A stretch of DNA of 64,000 nucleotides, from assembly GCF_009914755.1 (NCBI RefSeq), contig NC_060935.1. The stretch is one strand, 5' to 3'. Of the stretch, positions 14,465 to 29,414 are shown one piece after another (within the stretch, counting starts at the first letter, position 1; every line of letters begins with the position of its first letter). The notes under the pieces are model-generated. The model had not been told where the DNA came from. It worked only from the letters and a program-made list of their open reading frames with translations, and searched no databases. The stretch is from the human T2T-CHM13v2.0 reference genome, Homo sapiens. A program made the position numbers and the translations under genes.

Positions 14465-16250
14465 GGTTCCACTAAGTCAAGAAAAAGGCAAAGAGTTGAC
14501 TGTTTACTGTAATTGAATACTGCATTGTATATTAGCTAGTGTGATTATTAAGGAGAAAAACTTGAGGCATAATAATTGGAAAATGGATAAAACTATCTCT
14601 ACTTGCATTCCATATTATGTGCATCTGAAAAACACAAAAAATGCTAACACACAAAATACAGACATTAAATAACATAGAAGGAAACAAAATTATTTTACAA
14701 AGATAAATATTTTTATTTTTACAAACAACAGTTGTACAATGTTGTAGAAGAAAAAAATTAAAATAGTAAAAAGTATAAAAATATTTAGTGATAATCTCAA
14801 TATAAAACATACAAAAGCTATAGGATAAACTTGAAAATGCAGCATAACGTAGGCTTATCCTTACCAAATGAGACCCAGAATAGTACACAGTAGAAAATAT
14901 GTCAGTAATGTTATTTATACCTTAATTTAAGAAAAATTATCTGAGTAAAAAATCAAACAAACAGACTTTTGGCAAAATAAGTAAAGTACCTATACTAATC
15001 ATATTATTTTTCATCTTTTTGACAATAATATTGCATGTTATTCATAATTATGATGAACATCAGTCATACACCAGGCTACATGGTGGCTTGCCTTTTAGGG
15101 ATTAAAAAATCTGACTAGTCTCAGACATCCTCACAGTGCTGAAACATGAGAAAGATGAACAACAAAGACTGTGTGAGCCAGGGAAATTAAACAAAATTAA
15201 CCTTCAAACAAAATTAACCTTCAAGTGATAAAGCTACTGACAAACCACTTTTAAAATAGAAGAGCTTGAAGAATATAATTCTCATGAGTTATTGCTAATA
15301 AAACTTATTAGAGACCAAATTGTAATTAATCAAAGTATGACAAGAAAAACTTTGGTAAAATACTGGTAATAATAAGCAATGGGTGTATTTAAATGTAGAT
15401 CTAAAAGTAAGAAAAACAACAATAGTAACCATAAGATTGGTAGGATAGAACAAAAATATTACATAGTCTTAAATAGATGAATAATGTAACTTACAAAGTA
15501 TGAAAGTGGGAGAGATGATATTAAGTACAATAGCTCACAAATTGCCTGATGTATAATGGCTAAAAATAAAAGATATTTTAAGTTGAAAGAAAAAAAACTA
15601 CTGGGAAATTTTTTGAATATTGAATTAGCACAAAGGTAAAAACTAAGATAAATAATAACATTTTAAAAGATTGGGTGATGGAGGAAATGGAGAGGAAAAG
15701 GAGAAAATATAAGAGTAATAATATTTATGTTCATGGTAAGGAAAATATAGAATGTCTAAAGAAAGAGGAAACTGAAGAAAGCAGAACATTTTAATATAAT
15801 AAGTGTAAAATTACACAACTTTGGTAAAGCAGAAAGTATTGAAGAAAATATAGGTCTGTTTGTTACTTGAAGACGTCTTCACTTTAAGAGGTGAAGAGTA
15901 AGCAACAATCATAGTGAGCAGAGAAGGCAGAGTGCCCTAAAAAGCTTGAAGATTCTCTGGGGATGCAGGCTAGGGAACAGTAGTACTTGGCACCTGCAAA
16001 GTCATTTCTGAGGACAAGAGAGACTTCCTCTAGGGCCCTCAGATATTTTGGGGAAAGAGAACTATAGTCATGTAGTAATGCAGATGAAGGCTTCTAAGCC
16101 ATTCAAAATTGGATATTTTTCCAAATGTGTTGTTATTTGTGTCAATGAGTTTAATAATGATAGCTTAAGAGACCTAGGAGAATTTGAGATAAGTAAAATC
16201 CTGTGACATTAATACCCTCATATACATGTATGTGATGAAAACCACCACAC

Positions 16251-17903
16251 TTCCACAAGATCCTCAGGGTGTCACTTTTCCAGCTGGAAACCTCTGTGGC
16301 CAGTGAAGCCTTTGCTCGAGTTTTGCTCAGGCCCACTGGGCTTGTTCCATCCACTCAGCCTAGTAAGCTGTGCTTGGCTTGCACTACTGGCTTGGATCCC
16401 ATGCCTGCCAAGGGCAAGACAGGTGTGGAGCAGTGAGGAGTGTGTGAGCAAATGAGCACGGGGTCTGGCCACTGTGGACAACCAGGCACACTGGCTGCTG
16501 TGGAGGGGCAGGCAGCTCCAGGCACTGGCACAGGTGCCAGCTCCATGCAAGCCTGCAGCTGGATCAGATGCACCACAAGTGGCTTCTGCTATGGGCACCT
16601 GCATCAGGGTGAAGGGAACGTGGTGGTACCCAGAAGCTTTGAGATGGCAGAAACTGCAGACCCCCAAAGAGGGTTTCATAGTCTTAGCTCAGAGACTCTC
16701 TATATCTGGGCTCCCCAAAGGGCCACAGCTCTTCTCTTCTTCTTGTCGCCCACAGTGTGGCAAGTGGGGGTGGGGGTAGCGTGTTTCAGCCCTGTTTGTG
16801 TTACAACTCTACCAGTCCCCCATTTGGCAGGTCCTGAGTTCCTGTCCCATGTCTAGAAATAATCAGTATGTGGACAACTGGAGCATGAGCAAGGCAGAGA
16901 GGAGCTTTATTGACAGAACGGCTCTCCAGAGACTCAAATTGAGTAGCTCCTTTCTGCAGACAGGTTGTGCCGATGAGTGTCCAACTCTTGGTAGAGAGGA
17001 GACCCATAGTGGGTAGCTAGCTCCTTTCTGCAGGCAGGTCATCCTGACATGTCCAGGAGACGCAAAGTGGGAAGCTCTTTCCCACAACTGTTAGTCCCAA
17101 TGTCTGTGTGAATCTGGCTGTGTCTGGGGTTTTTATGGGCTCAGAAGGGAGGACATGTGCTGATTGATTCATGGGCAGCCATGCGCAGGCCAGGAAGAAG
17201 TACCATAAATTCTCACTCTGGGCTGCAGACTCCACCCAGAACTGGCAGCCTGTCCCCTAGACTTCAGGTCATACTTACCTTGAAGATGGGGCTTCACTGG
17301 GCACCCTCTCTTCTCCACCCAGGAACCTGTCTGTCTCCCGTCACCATCAACATGCTGTACACAGCACCCAGGCTATTCATGCCAAGGAGCGCCTGCAGGC
17401 CCATGCCAAGCCACCCTCAGCACCCTGAGCATCCCTCCCATGATTGTCAGCACCCAAAGTCTGGAGAGGGTAAAGTCAGCAGGGGTCTAGCATGTCAGTG
17501 ATACTCCAAGTGTGCACACACCTGGCTGGGTCATGACAGTGCCTGGGCTCAGCTTCCACTTTGCTCCAAAATCATAGCAGGTGCCTGGAGCAGGGAGAGG
17601 CCAGAGAGCAGGAGCAGAGCCCCTTCTCAGTGGCCCAGGAAGCCTGCCTTTCCCCACTTCTGAGCCTGCAGGAGCTTCCTGGGCCCCTAAGACTGCAGGG
17701 ATGCCCGAGTCTGGAACTGCAACTGGCTGGCTTCAGCTGTACCCGGGAGCATGGGGCTCCCATCCCACCAACTCAGTAGGCGGCAGGGTTCCCACGTGTT
17801 TCCAGACCCTGACTGCTCCATGGAGCACTCAGTCCTGGCTACACCTTCCTGCTGCATCTGGTGTCTTCATTACTGCTGCTCCAACTGGCTGCCACTGCCA
17901 TCA
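16251..17903 (-). mobile_element. MER52 (A/C-like) ERV1 solo LTR, about 1.65 kb and GC-rich
   Basis: The reverse complement starts 'tgatggcagtggcagcc...gaagacaccagatgcagcagg' and ends 'gccacagaggtttccagctgg...gacaccctgaggatc'. Internal 'agctcctttctgcag' repeats. Confidence 0.85.
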
Positions 17904-17954
17904 TTAATTTACAAATGCATATACACATTTAAGTTATACATATCTATGTAAATG

Positions 17955-18630
<676 letters not shown>

Positions 18631-18794
18631 ATATAATTATACATACATACATATGGGAAAAGTTCAAGGACAGCCACATACTAAAATGTGAAACAGCTTC
18701 GGTCTACATCTACAGAGTTGTATTTCTATATATTTTTATTAGTGATACACAATAAAATTGTTATTGGTTTCTAATTTAAAAGCTACTGATCCAA

Positions 18795-18992
18795 GACGCA
18801 ATCCTGAACTTACATCATCTGTGTGACTGTGGTGACTATGCACTTTAGGGCCTCAGTTTCTTTCCTTGCACATAGACACTAATAATAGTGATAAGAATGA
18901 TAATTACCCAATTGTGTAGATTGAATTAAGACACACACAGAAAACCTCTGGGCAAAAATGCTGGACACATGGGTGTTCAGCATTTTGTCATT
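18795..18992 (+). mobile_element. MIR
   Basis: 'tgtgtgact...gcctcagtttc...taataatagt...gctggacacat'. Confidence 0.6.
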
Positions 18993-19814
18993 GAATTAAA
19001 GTAATTACAATTTAATGTTAATGAAACTAAGGATAAAGAGTTACTTTAATATTATTTCAGCTGCTTTTACCTAGAACTGTGCTCATTTCCCTGATCCGTA
19101 TTCTGCAACCTAAAGCTTCCTGTAATATACTGGCAACTAACCAAATGTGAAGTATAATTCATGAGAAAAATAATTGTCCTCTGCAAATTCAACCCTATCT
19201 GGTAGTTAAAATATCACATTATGTCTTCTTTTTTGCACACTTTCTATCAAAAGCATTGCTTCCATTTTACTGTGTTTAACCAAGTGTGGAAATATGAGTA
19301 ACTATTTTAGCAGTTTTGGTCTTGCTTCATCACTCTGTCAGTTTTTTGTTCCAATCATATGACCTAATGGCAGCTGTCAGGTTAGAAGTGCTGAATGATT
19401 TCCCACCATAAAATGCCTTCTTAGAATCCCAAGCTGAAATGCTGTCAGCTGGGCTGATTATGAAACTTTTACAATTTTGACAAGATAAAAACTACATGAT
19501 TTGTCCAACACAAATATATGAATGAAATAACTGGTTTGGCCAATCAGTTTTTACTCTCTCAGAAAACCTACTAGCCAAATGACAATCCATAGAAAATGAA
19601 GGCTAGTGCAGCCTCACGTTATTAATAATAAAATAAATAAAATTGAACATCAAACCAATTTTTATTTACAATGATAATTTAATCTACCATCTCTGAAAAG
19701 AGTAATGTAATGACAATATTTAATGTAATGAGCATGTGGTGAAACTGTCATTATGCTGCTATTGAATAATGTAAATTCATAAATTCTTTCTACAAAAAAA
19801 TTTAGCAACATTTA

Positions 19815-20321
19815 ATGATAGGAATACATACATAGAGAGAGACAGAGAGAGAGAGAAAGAGAGAGAGAAGAGAGAGACAGAGAAAGAATAAACCTCACAA
19901 CTTATTATAAGGAGTTGTTTCACACAATTATGGGGGTTGAGAATTTCTGCTATCTATCATCTGCAAATTGGAGTCCCAGGAAAGCCAGTGGTTTAAATTC
20001 CAGTCTGAGTCTGAATGCTTGTGAAGCAGGATCACTGATAGTGTAAGTCTTAGTCCAAGGGCAGAAGGAGACTGATGTCTCAGGTTATGCATTCCAGCAG
20101 AGAGACAGAATTCTGCCTTCTTCCACTTTTTTGTTCTATCCCTGGCCTTCAAAAGATTAAAAGATGCCCACTTACCTTAGGGAGGGCAATCTATTTTACT
20201 TACTCCATCAATTAAAATGTTGATATCTCCTAAAAACACCCTCACAGGCACATTCAGAAATAATATTTAAAACAGATATCTGGGCATCTGTAGCCCAATG
20301 AAGATGGGCTTAACCATCACA
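19815..20321 (-). mobile_element. MLT2B-like ERVL LTR with internal (GA)n
   Basis: 'ctgcaaattggagtcccaggaaagccagtgg...aaacaccctcacagg...ttaaccatcaca'. Confidence 0.82.
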
Positions 20322-20469
20322 TTCCCCTATAAAATGGGCCAACATTTTCCTATAAGATTTCTTTATATCAGTTAAATGCAATAAATTAATATTCCATAAT
20401 TTGGTAGAAATTAAATACATTCGTCCCTAACCTTGTAGCTTCCAAAAGAACCTTATATCAGATTTACCC

Positions 20470-21270
20470 TTCTGCCTCTAACAAGTATAAACTTTGGAAA
20501 AGAATCAAATGCACTAACAACTCTTTGAAGACACTGGGAAGCAAACAAAGCAGGCAGAAACTGGAGGTGAAATGGCTCTTGAAACCAGGGGAACACAGAA
20601 ATATACATTTATCTTACTTTTCCCTTAAAGGAACTCCACAGTCCACAAAGCTAATGGAGGGTAAGAGCTCAAGTAGGAGGACGCTAATTTAATGGGCTGA
20701 GGACTAAGAGGTCAGAGTTTCCACATGGTGGAAAATGTCAGGAGAATAATGAAAACTGTCAAAAAAATGTATAAAATTAAAATTCTAAACCTGAAAATAT
20801 GCAATACCTGAAACCAACATTTTAATGAATGGGTTTAATAGGAAATTAGACAATGCATAGTAAAATATCTGTGTACCGAAGGACAAGGCAATAGAAATTA
20901 TGCAAATGGATTTACAAATAGACTGAAAATGTGAAAGCGAGCTTTAACAGCATGTGGGAAAGGATTGAGCCATTTGACATATATCTAAATCAAATACTAG
21001 ATGAACAGCAGAAAATGTCTGAGACAGAGGACAATATTTAAGAAATAGTGGCTAATAATTTTGTAAATTCATGAAAGTATTAAATCCATGAAGCCAAGAA
21101 CCTCAGCAAACACCAACAGAATTAATACAGAGATAACTGCAGATAGACACTTGATAGCCAAAATGCTGAAATACAAAGATAAAGATAAAATCTTACAATC
21201 AGTCATAGTAAAATGACACTCTTCATGTAAGAGAAAAATGAAAAAATGTTAACAAAATTTTAATCAGAAA
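20470..21270 (+). mobile_element. Old L1M 5' region and ORF1 relic
   Basis: 'gaatgggtttaatagg...ggacaaggcaatagaaattat...aaagataaagataaaatctta'. Confidence 0.6.
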
Positions 21271-21399
21271 ATTAATAAAAATAGTATTTGTAGATTATGA
21301 AATTGCATATATTGTAAAAATGCAAATGAATTATTTCTTTCTTTATATATCCCATTTAATAATTCCCTCGTATACTGAGTGCCTTATTATTTGCCTTGA

Positions 21400-22020
21400 C
21401 CAAGTTTGTATAAGCAAATGTCACACATACAGAAGCTTGTAAAAGCACTTGCACATAGGGACTTAAATTCTTGCTATTCTTGGAACACGGCTGCCATGTG
21501 TCAAAGCTCAGTGTAGTCTACTGGATGATGTGCTATACGTATGAAGAGATAGATGGCCCAATTGCCCTTGTCATTGCAAGTGAAAAAATATCAACCACCA
21601 GATGTGAATAATGCCATCACAGACTATGGAGCCACTAGCTTACCTGTCACAGATCCAAAGATCTAATCAGTCAATATATAGAATCATAAGCCAAATATAG
21701 AACATATAGAATCATAAGCTAAATATAGAACATACAGGAATCATAAGCTAAATTGGCACTGATCAGCATGCAGTGTCTGTAAAAGCAATGAAAAATACTG
21801 TTGCCAAAGACTGGAAAAAAGGCAAGCACAGCATTAGCAGAGGGTGGAAAACTCAGAAAGAAACTGATACAGTATGCTGGAAACATAACCTGTGTCATAT
21901 AATAGTGTAAATATATTGGCAAAATTCTTGCCTTCGTGAATTTTGAAGACAGAATATGTATTTAATGTACTTATATATCTTGCTAAGATGATTTTCAGGT
22001 AGAATGTTGAAAGTGCCAGA
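21400..22020 (+). mobile_element. Diverged MLT1 LTR plus MLT1-int fragment
   Basis: 'gctgccatgtg...ctactggatgatg...accaccagatgtgaataatgccatc'. The int-like part reads 'gctaagatgattttcaggtagaatgttgaaagtgc'. Confidence 0.45.
21676..21753. repeat. About 28-bp minisatellite, 2.7 copies
   Basis: 'atatagaatcataagc(c/t)aaatatagaac' repeated. Confidence 0.85.
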
Positions 22021-23061
22021 GACAGTACTTGCTAGGTTAGAAAATAAAATGGTTTCTTTTCCCAGGTCTTCCCAATGAGACTGCTTCCTGCCTTAGAAAT
22101 TTGGAAGCCAAATAGCATTTTGAAAATTTAAAAAGTCTCAGGTTCTTTGCATCAACTGCTAGTGGTGCTCTGCTGATATGTCCCCCTTAAAATACAGGGC
22201 TTCTATTTATAAAAAAATAGTTAAGTCCATTTGACAAAAGTTTACCCTATGATTCTCTTTGAGACAAGTATCTCTATGTTAGTCAACATGACAGGCTATT
22301 GTGAGAATGCTCTTAATATTCTTAGATGTGTTTTTTGGGTCACTGAGTTTCTACCGTGCATAGCCTTAAATATTTAGAGTTCTTAAGAAAGAATCTTATC
22401 TCTACATCCTTCATGTGATCTTTGGGATTAGATTTCTTTCCATTTTGAAACTCTTAAATACCAGTGTTCATTTTCAACACTTGTTAATTTAGGACCTTTT
22501 ATTGCTTGGAAGCTTTGTTCCTTTGGAGGAGGAGGGTATTTAGAAACCAGTACCTACATGCTGTATATGCTCATTGCAGCTAGTGTGTCATTTCTTCAGA
22601 GCTTTTTCAGTAGTAGAACAATTCAATTTGTATTTCAGAAACATTACACTAGCAGTACTGTCCTGGGCATACAGAATGCACAGAGTATGTCAATTACATA
22701 AAAATAATTATGACCAAAACAAAAGTCTTCTTGTACTAAGTTCCACATATCTGCCATGTGTACCTGTGAACTGGACATAGTTTATACATATTTAAATTTC
22801 CTCAGTATGAATAAATGTTTAAAAATAATATGGTATTGAAGTAGGTGGAGGATAATGATAGAAAAATAGAAATAAAAGTAAGGCAGTATGACCCTGGGGT
22901 CTACTCAAATGTCTTTACAGAAATCAAATTATCAAGGAGGAAATTCTACAAAAGCAGCTGTAGGATTTAAATGACTAATTGAAAATAAAGGGGCCATTTC
23001 AACAGCAAAACTGTAACCAAAAGTGTTTGTGCTATCTTTGAAAATAGAGGCATCATGTAAA

Positions 23062-23062
<1 letters not shown>

Positions 23063-23098
<36 letters not shown>

Positions 23099-23109
23099 CA
23101 CACACACAC
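23063..23109. repeat. (CA)n microsatellite
   Basis: Direct read. Confidence 0.97.
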
Positions 23110-23899
23110 TCTACTTTTTATGAATTGGAGGAGTTATGAATAGCTCTACATGCAAAACAACAAGGTGGATAGCTAGGTCAAAGCTGATAATCCCCTGTGG
23201 AATGCTAAGAAAATAGTTTTCAGGTAACATTCTGCCTATTGAGTTGGTTGCTAATGCAAATTTGTCCTGCAGAATCAGTTGTTGAATGTCAAAAAGCTAA
23301 CATGGTAAAACACAGCTGCTTTTTTTACCTTTTGTAATTGAGATTGTTTGTAGACTTCCCTAAATTATATGGCAGACAATAAAAATTGATTCTAAGTAAA
23401 GTCATTATCCTTTTAAATGAGTTACATAGCTCAGACATTAAGATATTTGCGAGACAAAGTGATTTCCAAAAAGTATTGATTTTTAACTAAATAAAGCTAA
23501 AGGAGAATCAGCATATAACTTCAAAATTGCAATATGCTATCATCTCTGTAGAAATGAGTAAGTTCAAAATGTATATAAAATTTTCTTCTTTATAATTATT
23601 TTTGCTAATTATTGAGCACTTTAAAAAATTGCCATAATATAAAATAACGTATACTTACTAATCCATGCTAAGAAATGTAACCATGTAATGTATTTACCTA
23701 CAGATAAAGTCATCTTGATTTGTGTATATATTATACATAAATAATAAATGTTATACAAATGAGCACAACTAGACTTTCAAGGAACACGTAATTCCATTGA
23801 TGCATATGCTATTTCTTAGTGGGTTGCCTCCTTTCTAATCCCTTTGTTGAGCTGCAAACAAACCTTCCCACCACCTGTGCAAACTTTTCCATGGAGAGA

Positions 23900-23964
23900 A
23901 GATAGATAATAGAAAGATAGACAAACAGATAGTTAGATAGATAGATGATAGGTAGATAATTGAT

Positions 23965-23997
<33 letters not shown>

Positions 23998-24003
23998 GAT
24001 AGG
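23900..24003. repeat. (GATA)n compound tetranucleotide STR
   Basis: Direct read. Confidence 0.95.
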
Positions 24004-27000
24004 TAGGATTGATTCACCTCTGCTTCAGAGACACTATTTTTATCTTCCAAGGCAAATATCCTTGAAAAGATAGTCCAGAACAAACAACTGTCAGTACCTC
24101 TGATTGCTAGAAATACAGAAATGAAAGCTATCCATGAGAATTGCCTCCCAACATGTTAGGAAGGACTTTCAAAGTGGTGATGACTGGTTTCACTATAATA
24201 TCAAACAAGAGGTTCTTTTACAGAAATTCTCTTCATCTAAAATAAAAAATTTGCTCAAATATTATTTTTCCTTTCTAGAATTATTTTTTAATGTTGAGGC
24301 CATTAATCTTATTTGAAATATAGCCTAATGCTATATCAGATTAATACAAAATTAAATTAACTTAAAAATAATACAATTTTTTCTGAGAATCTTCTTAAAA
24401 ATTATTTCTGTATTTTAAATAATGCATAATTGTACATATTTATAGCATACAGTGTGATGTTTCAATATATGTATACATTGTGTAATAATCAAATCAGGAT
24501 GTTTAGTATATCCATCACCTCAAACATTTATTATTTCTTTGTGGTGAGAACACTCAAATTCTCTCTCCTGGCTACTTTGAAATATATAATATAATATTGT
24601 TAACTATAGTCACCCCACTGTGTAGTAGAACACTAAAATATTTTCCTCCTAATTTTAATTTTGTACCCGTTGACCAATCTCTCCCTATGTGTGCCTCTTT
24701 TCTTCCCTTTCCAGGCTCTGCTAATCACTATTCTAACTCTACTCTATGAGATTAATTTCTTTAGATTCCACACAAGAATGAGATCGTGCGTTTTTGGTTT
24801 TGCTGTGCCTGGCTTATTTATTTAACATAACATCCTCCAGGTTCATTCATGTTGCAAATATGACGAGATTTCATTTTTTATGGCTAAACAGTACTCCCTT
24901 GTGTATATTCACCATATTTTTGTTATCCATTTATCTGTTGATGGACACTTAGGTTTAGTCCATATCTTGGCTATTGCAAATACAACCGCAAGAAACATGG
25001 GGTGGAAGACATCTCTTTTACATACTAATTGTATTTCCTTTGGATATATACCCAGTAATGGAATTGCTAGATCATATGTTAGTTCTATTATTAGTTTTTT
25101 GAGCAACTACTGTTTTTCAAAATGATGGTAGTAACTTACAGTCCTGCCAAGAGTATTGTAGTGTTCCTCTTTCTCCACATTCATGCCAGCATTTGTTTTT
25201 GTGTATATTTTTCTATCCTTTTAACAATAGTTATTCTAATTAGGGTGAGGTGCTATCACACTGTGGTTTTAATTAGCATTTTCCCAATGACTAGTGATGT
25301 CATGCATTTTTTCATGTACCTGTTTGTTGGCCATTTGTATTTCTTCTTTTGAGAAATGTCTATTCAGTTCTTTGGAACATTTTTAAATTGGATTCTTTGT
25401 TTTTGCTATTGAGTTATTTCAGTTCCTTATATATTTGGGGTTAATAAGCATAGCTTGCAAATATTTTCTTCTATTCTACAGTTTATATATTCATTCTACT
25501 GACTGTTTCCTTTGCTGTACAGAAGCTTTCTTAGTTTGATGTAATTTTATTTGTCTAATTTTGTTTTTGTTGTCTGTGGTTTTGAAATCTTATCTGAAAA
25601 AGTCATTGCACAGAGCAATGCCATTAAGCATTTCCCCTATGATTTCTTCAAGAGGTTTTATTATTTTGGATCTTACATTTAAGTCTTTAATCTGCTTTGA
25701 GTTTTTTTTTTGTATATGGCTAGAGATGGGGTCTAGCTTAATCACACAGCATGTGAATATACAGTTCTTCTAGCATCCTTTAATGAAGAGACTGACAATT
25801 TCCCAATGTGTATTATTAACACCTTTGTTGAGAATCAGGTGACTTTAAGTGTATGGATTTATTTCTGTGACACAATGTTTCATTGGCCCATGTGTCTGTA
25901 TGCCAGTATCATGCTCTTTGGTTACTATGGCTTTGTAGTATATTTTGAAGTCAGTTAGAGTGACACCACCAGTTCTGTTCTTTCTGCTCAAAATGTATTT
26001 GGCTATTTGGAGTCTTTTGTGGATCTACACAAATTTTAAGGTTTTTTTTTCCTATATCTTTGAAGAATATCCCTGATATTTTGGTAGGGATTACATTGAA
26101 TTTGTAGCCTTATTGGGTAATATGAACATTTTAATAATGATAATTCTTCCAATCAATGAACATGAGCTATCTTTCCATTTATTTGTGTTTTCTTCAATGT
26201 CTTTCACTATGTTTTATAGGTTTCATTGTAGACATCTCTTACTCTCTTGGTTAAATTTATTCTTAGGCATCTTACTTTTTTTTCTATTGTAAATAAGATT
26301 GCTTTCTTGATTTCTTTTTCTGATAGTTTGTTTTCAGTATGTAGAAATGCTACTGATTTTTGTATGTTAATTTCATACCCCATAAGTTTACTAGATATAC
26401 TCAGTTATAGAAGTTACTTTGTGGAGTTTTTAATGTTTTCAGATATAAGATTATGTCATCTAAAATAGAGATAACTTGACTTCCTCCTTTTAAATTTAGA
26501 TGGCATTTATTTACTTTTTTGCCTAATTTTTCTGGCTAGGATTTCCAGTACTATCTTGAATTAAAGCGGTAGAAGTGGACATTCTTGTCTTGTTCCAGAC
26601 CTTAAAAAAAATGTTTTTAACTTTTCCCCATTCAGCGCTGGGTTTGTCATATATGGCTTTCCATGTATTGAGGTTCATTCCTTCTATACCTTGTTTGATG
26701 AAAGTTTTTATCATGAATGGATGCTGAAATTTATTAATTGATTTTTCTGTATCTATTGATATGATTTTTGCCCTTAATTAGATTAATGTGATGTGTTACA
26801 TGTATTGATTTGCATATGATGAACTATTCTTATATCCCTGGGATGAATTTCACATAATCATGGTAAATGATCTTTTTAATGTGCTATTGAATGTGGTTTG
26901 CTAGTGTACTGTGGAGGATTTCGGCAAATAATTCATTGGAAATATTGAGCTGAAGTTTTGTTGTTGTTGTTGTTGTTGTGGTCTTCTCTGGTTTTGATAT

Positions 27001-27327
27001 CAAGATAATTTTGGCTCCATAAATGAGTTTGGAAGAATTCTCTTCTCTTCAATTTTTTATAACAGTTTGATAAATACAGATATTCATTATTCTCTAAGTG
27101 TCTGGTACAATTCAGAAGTAAAGCCCTCAGGTCCTGAGCTTTTCTTTGGTGAAAGACTTTTTATTATTGATTTAATTTAATTACTTATTACTGGTCTGTT
27201 CAGCATTTCTAATTCTTCATGATTCAATTTAGTGGGTTGTATACGTCTGGGAATTTATCCATTTCTTCTAGGTTCTCAATTTGTTGGCATATAGTTGTTC
27301 ATAATAGTGTCCTACAATCCTTTGTAA

Positions 27328-27670
<343 letters not shown>

Positions 27671-27919
27671 TTCATTCTGATTTTATTTGTGTCTTCTTTT
27701 TTTCCAGTAGTCTAGCTAAAGGTTTGTCAATTTTATCTTTTCAAAAAGTAGCTCTTTGTTTTGTTGATTTCTTAGTTTTGTTTCTTTAGTTTATGTTTTT
27801 TTATGCTCTGGTATTATTTCTTCTATTTGTGTTTAGTTTGTTCTTTTTTGTTAGTTCCTTGAGGTGCAATATTAGGTATTTTATTTGAGATCCTTCTTCT
27901 TTTGTAGACATTTATTGCT

Positions 27920-28342
27920 TGATATTATTTGGATCTTTGTCCCTTCCAAATCTCATGTAAAAATTTGATCCCCAATGTTGAAGATGGGACCCAGCAAGAG
28001 GTGATGTGTCTTGGGGACAGGTCTCTCATGAAAAGGTTGGTGCTATTCTCCTAAGATTGAGTGAGTTTTTACTCTTAGTTCCCTTGAGATTTAGCTGTTA
28101 AAAAGGGTCTGGCACTTTCATATTCTCTCTCTTCCTGCCTTGCCATGCGATATGCAGCTCCTTATGCATCTCCTTTTCATTTTTCACCATTAGTGGAAGT
28201 GCCCTGAATTCCTCACCATAAGCAGATGCTGATGCCATGGTTTTTGTACATCCCACAGAACAATGAGTTAAATGAAACTTTTTTCTTTATAAATAATTCA
28301 CCCTACAGTATTCCTTTATAGCAAAGCAAATGGACTAAGGCA
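27920..28342 (+). mobile_element. MSTB-like solo LTR inside L1MA
   Basis: 'tgatattatttggatctttgtcccttccaaatctcatg...ggactaaggca'. TSD ttgct/ttgcc. Confidence 0.87.
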
Positions 28343-28429
28343 TTGCCGTAAACTTTCCTCTAAGAACTGCTTTTGCTGTATCTCATAGGTTTTGTTATGT
28401 TGTATTACCATTTTTATTTGTCTCAAAAA

Positions 28430-29412
28430 ACTGTATTTTTATGCCCATTAATCATTGCCTCTTCCCCTTTTTATCACCTACCTCCCCACTACCCTTTCTA
28501 GCCTCCGGTAATCATTATTCTACTTTCTAACTTCATGAGTTAAATTTTTTTGTTTGCACATATGAGTGAGAATATGTGATACTTGTCTTTCAGTGCCTGG
28601 CTTATTTCACTTAAATAATGTCCTCTGATTCCATCTATTCTGTTGCAAATGACAGAATCTCATTGTTTTTTATAGCAGTATAATATTTTATTAGGTATAT
28701 GTACCACATTTTCTTAATTCATTTATTCATTAACATACACTTAAGTTGATTCCATATCTTGTTAATGGCGCTGAAATAAACACGGGAGTACTGATATCTC
28801 TTTGATATATTGATTTCCTTTCTTTTGGATATATACCCAGCATTGATATTTCTAGATCATATGGTAGTTTGATTTTTTTGTTTTTGAAAACCTACATGCT
28901 CTTCTCCATAGTGGCTGTACTAGTTTATATTCCTACCTACAGTATATGAGGGGTCCCTTTTCTTCGCATCCTCATCAGCCTCTGTTATTCCCTGTCTTTT
29001 GGACAAAAGCCATTTTAATTTGGACAAGATGATATCTCACCGTGGTTTTAATTTTCATTTCTCTAATAATTAGTGATGTTGAGCATTTGTATATATCTGT
29101 TTGCTATTTGCATGTTTTCTTTTGAAAAATGTGTTTTTAGAGCTTTTGTCCATTTTTAATTAACTTATTTTTTCTATTGAGTTGTTCAAACTTCTTATAT
29201 ATTGTGGTTCTTAATCCCTTTTCAGATAGGTAGTTTGGAAATATTTTCTCTCATTTGGAGGTTTGTCTCTTCTCCTTATTGATTGTGTCCTTTGCTGTGC
29301 AGTTTTCTAGCTTGATATGATCCCATTTGTTCATTTTTGCTTTGGTTGCATGTGTTTTTGAGTTCTTATTAAATGAATCTTTGCCCAGACCAATGTCCTG
29401 GAATGTTTCTCA
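28430..29412 (-). mobile_element. Second L1MA (about MA1-3) 3' fragment, about 1 kb
   Basis: 'ccccactaccctttctagcctccggtaatc...tatgagtgagaatatgtgata...tttgcccagaccaatgtcctgga'. Confidence 0.8.
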
Positions 29413-29414
29413 AA

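Noticed and set aside
16272-17951. Cluster of overlapping ORFs suggesting a GC-rich gene
   Set aside because: Explained by the MER52 LTR. No recognisable domain.
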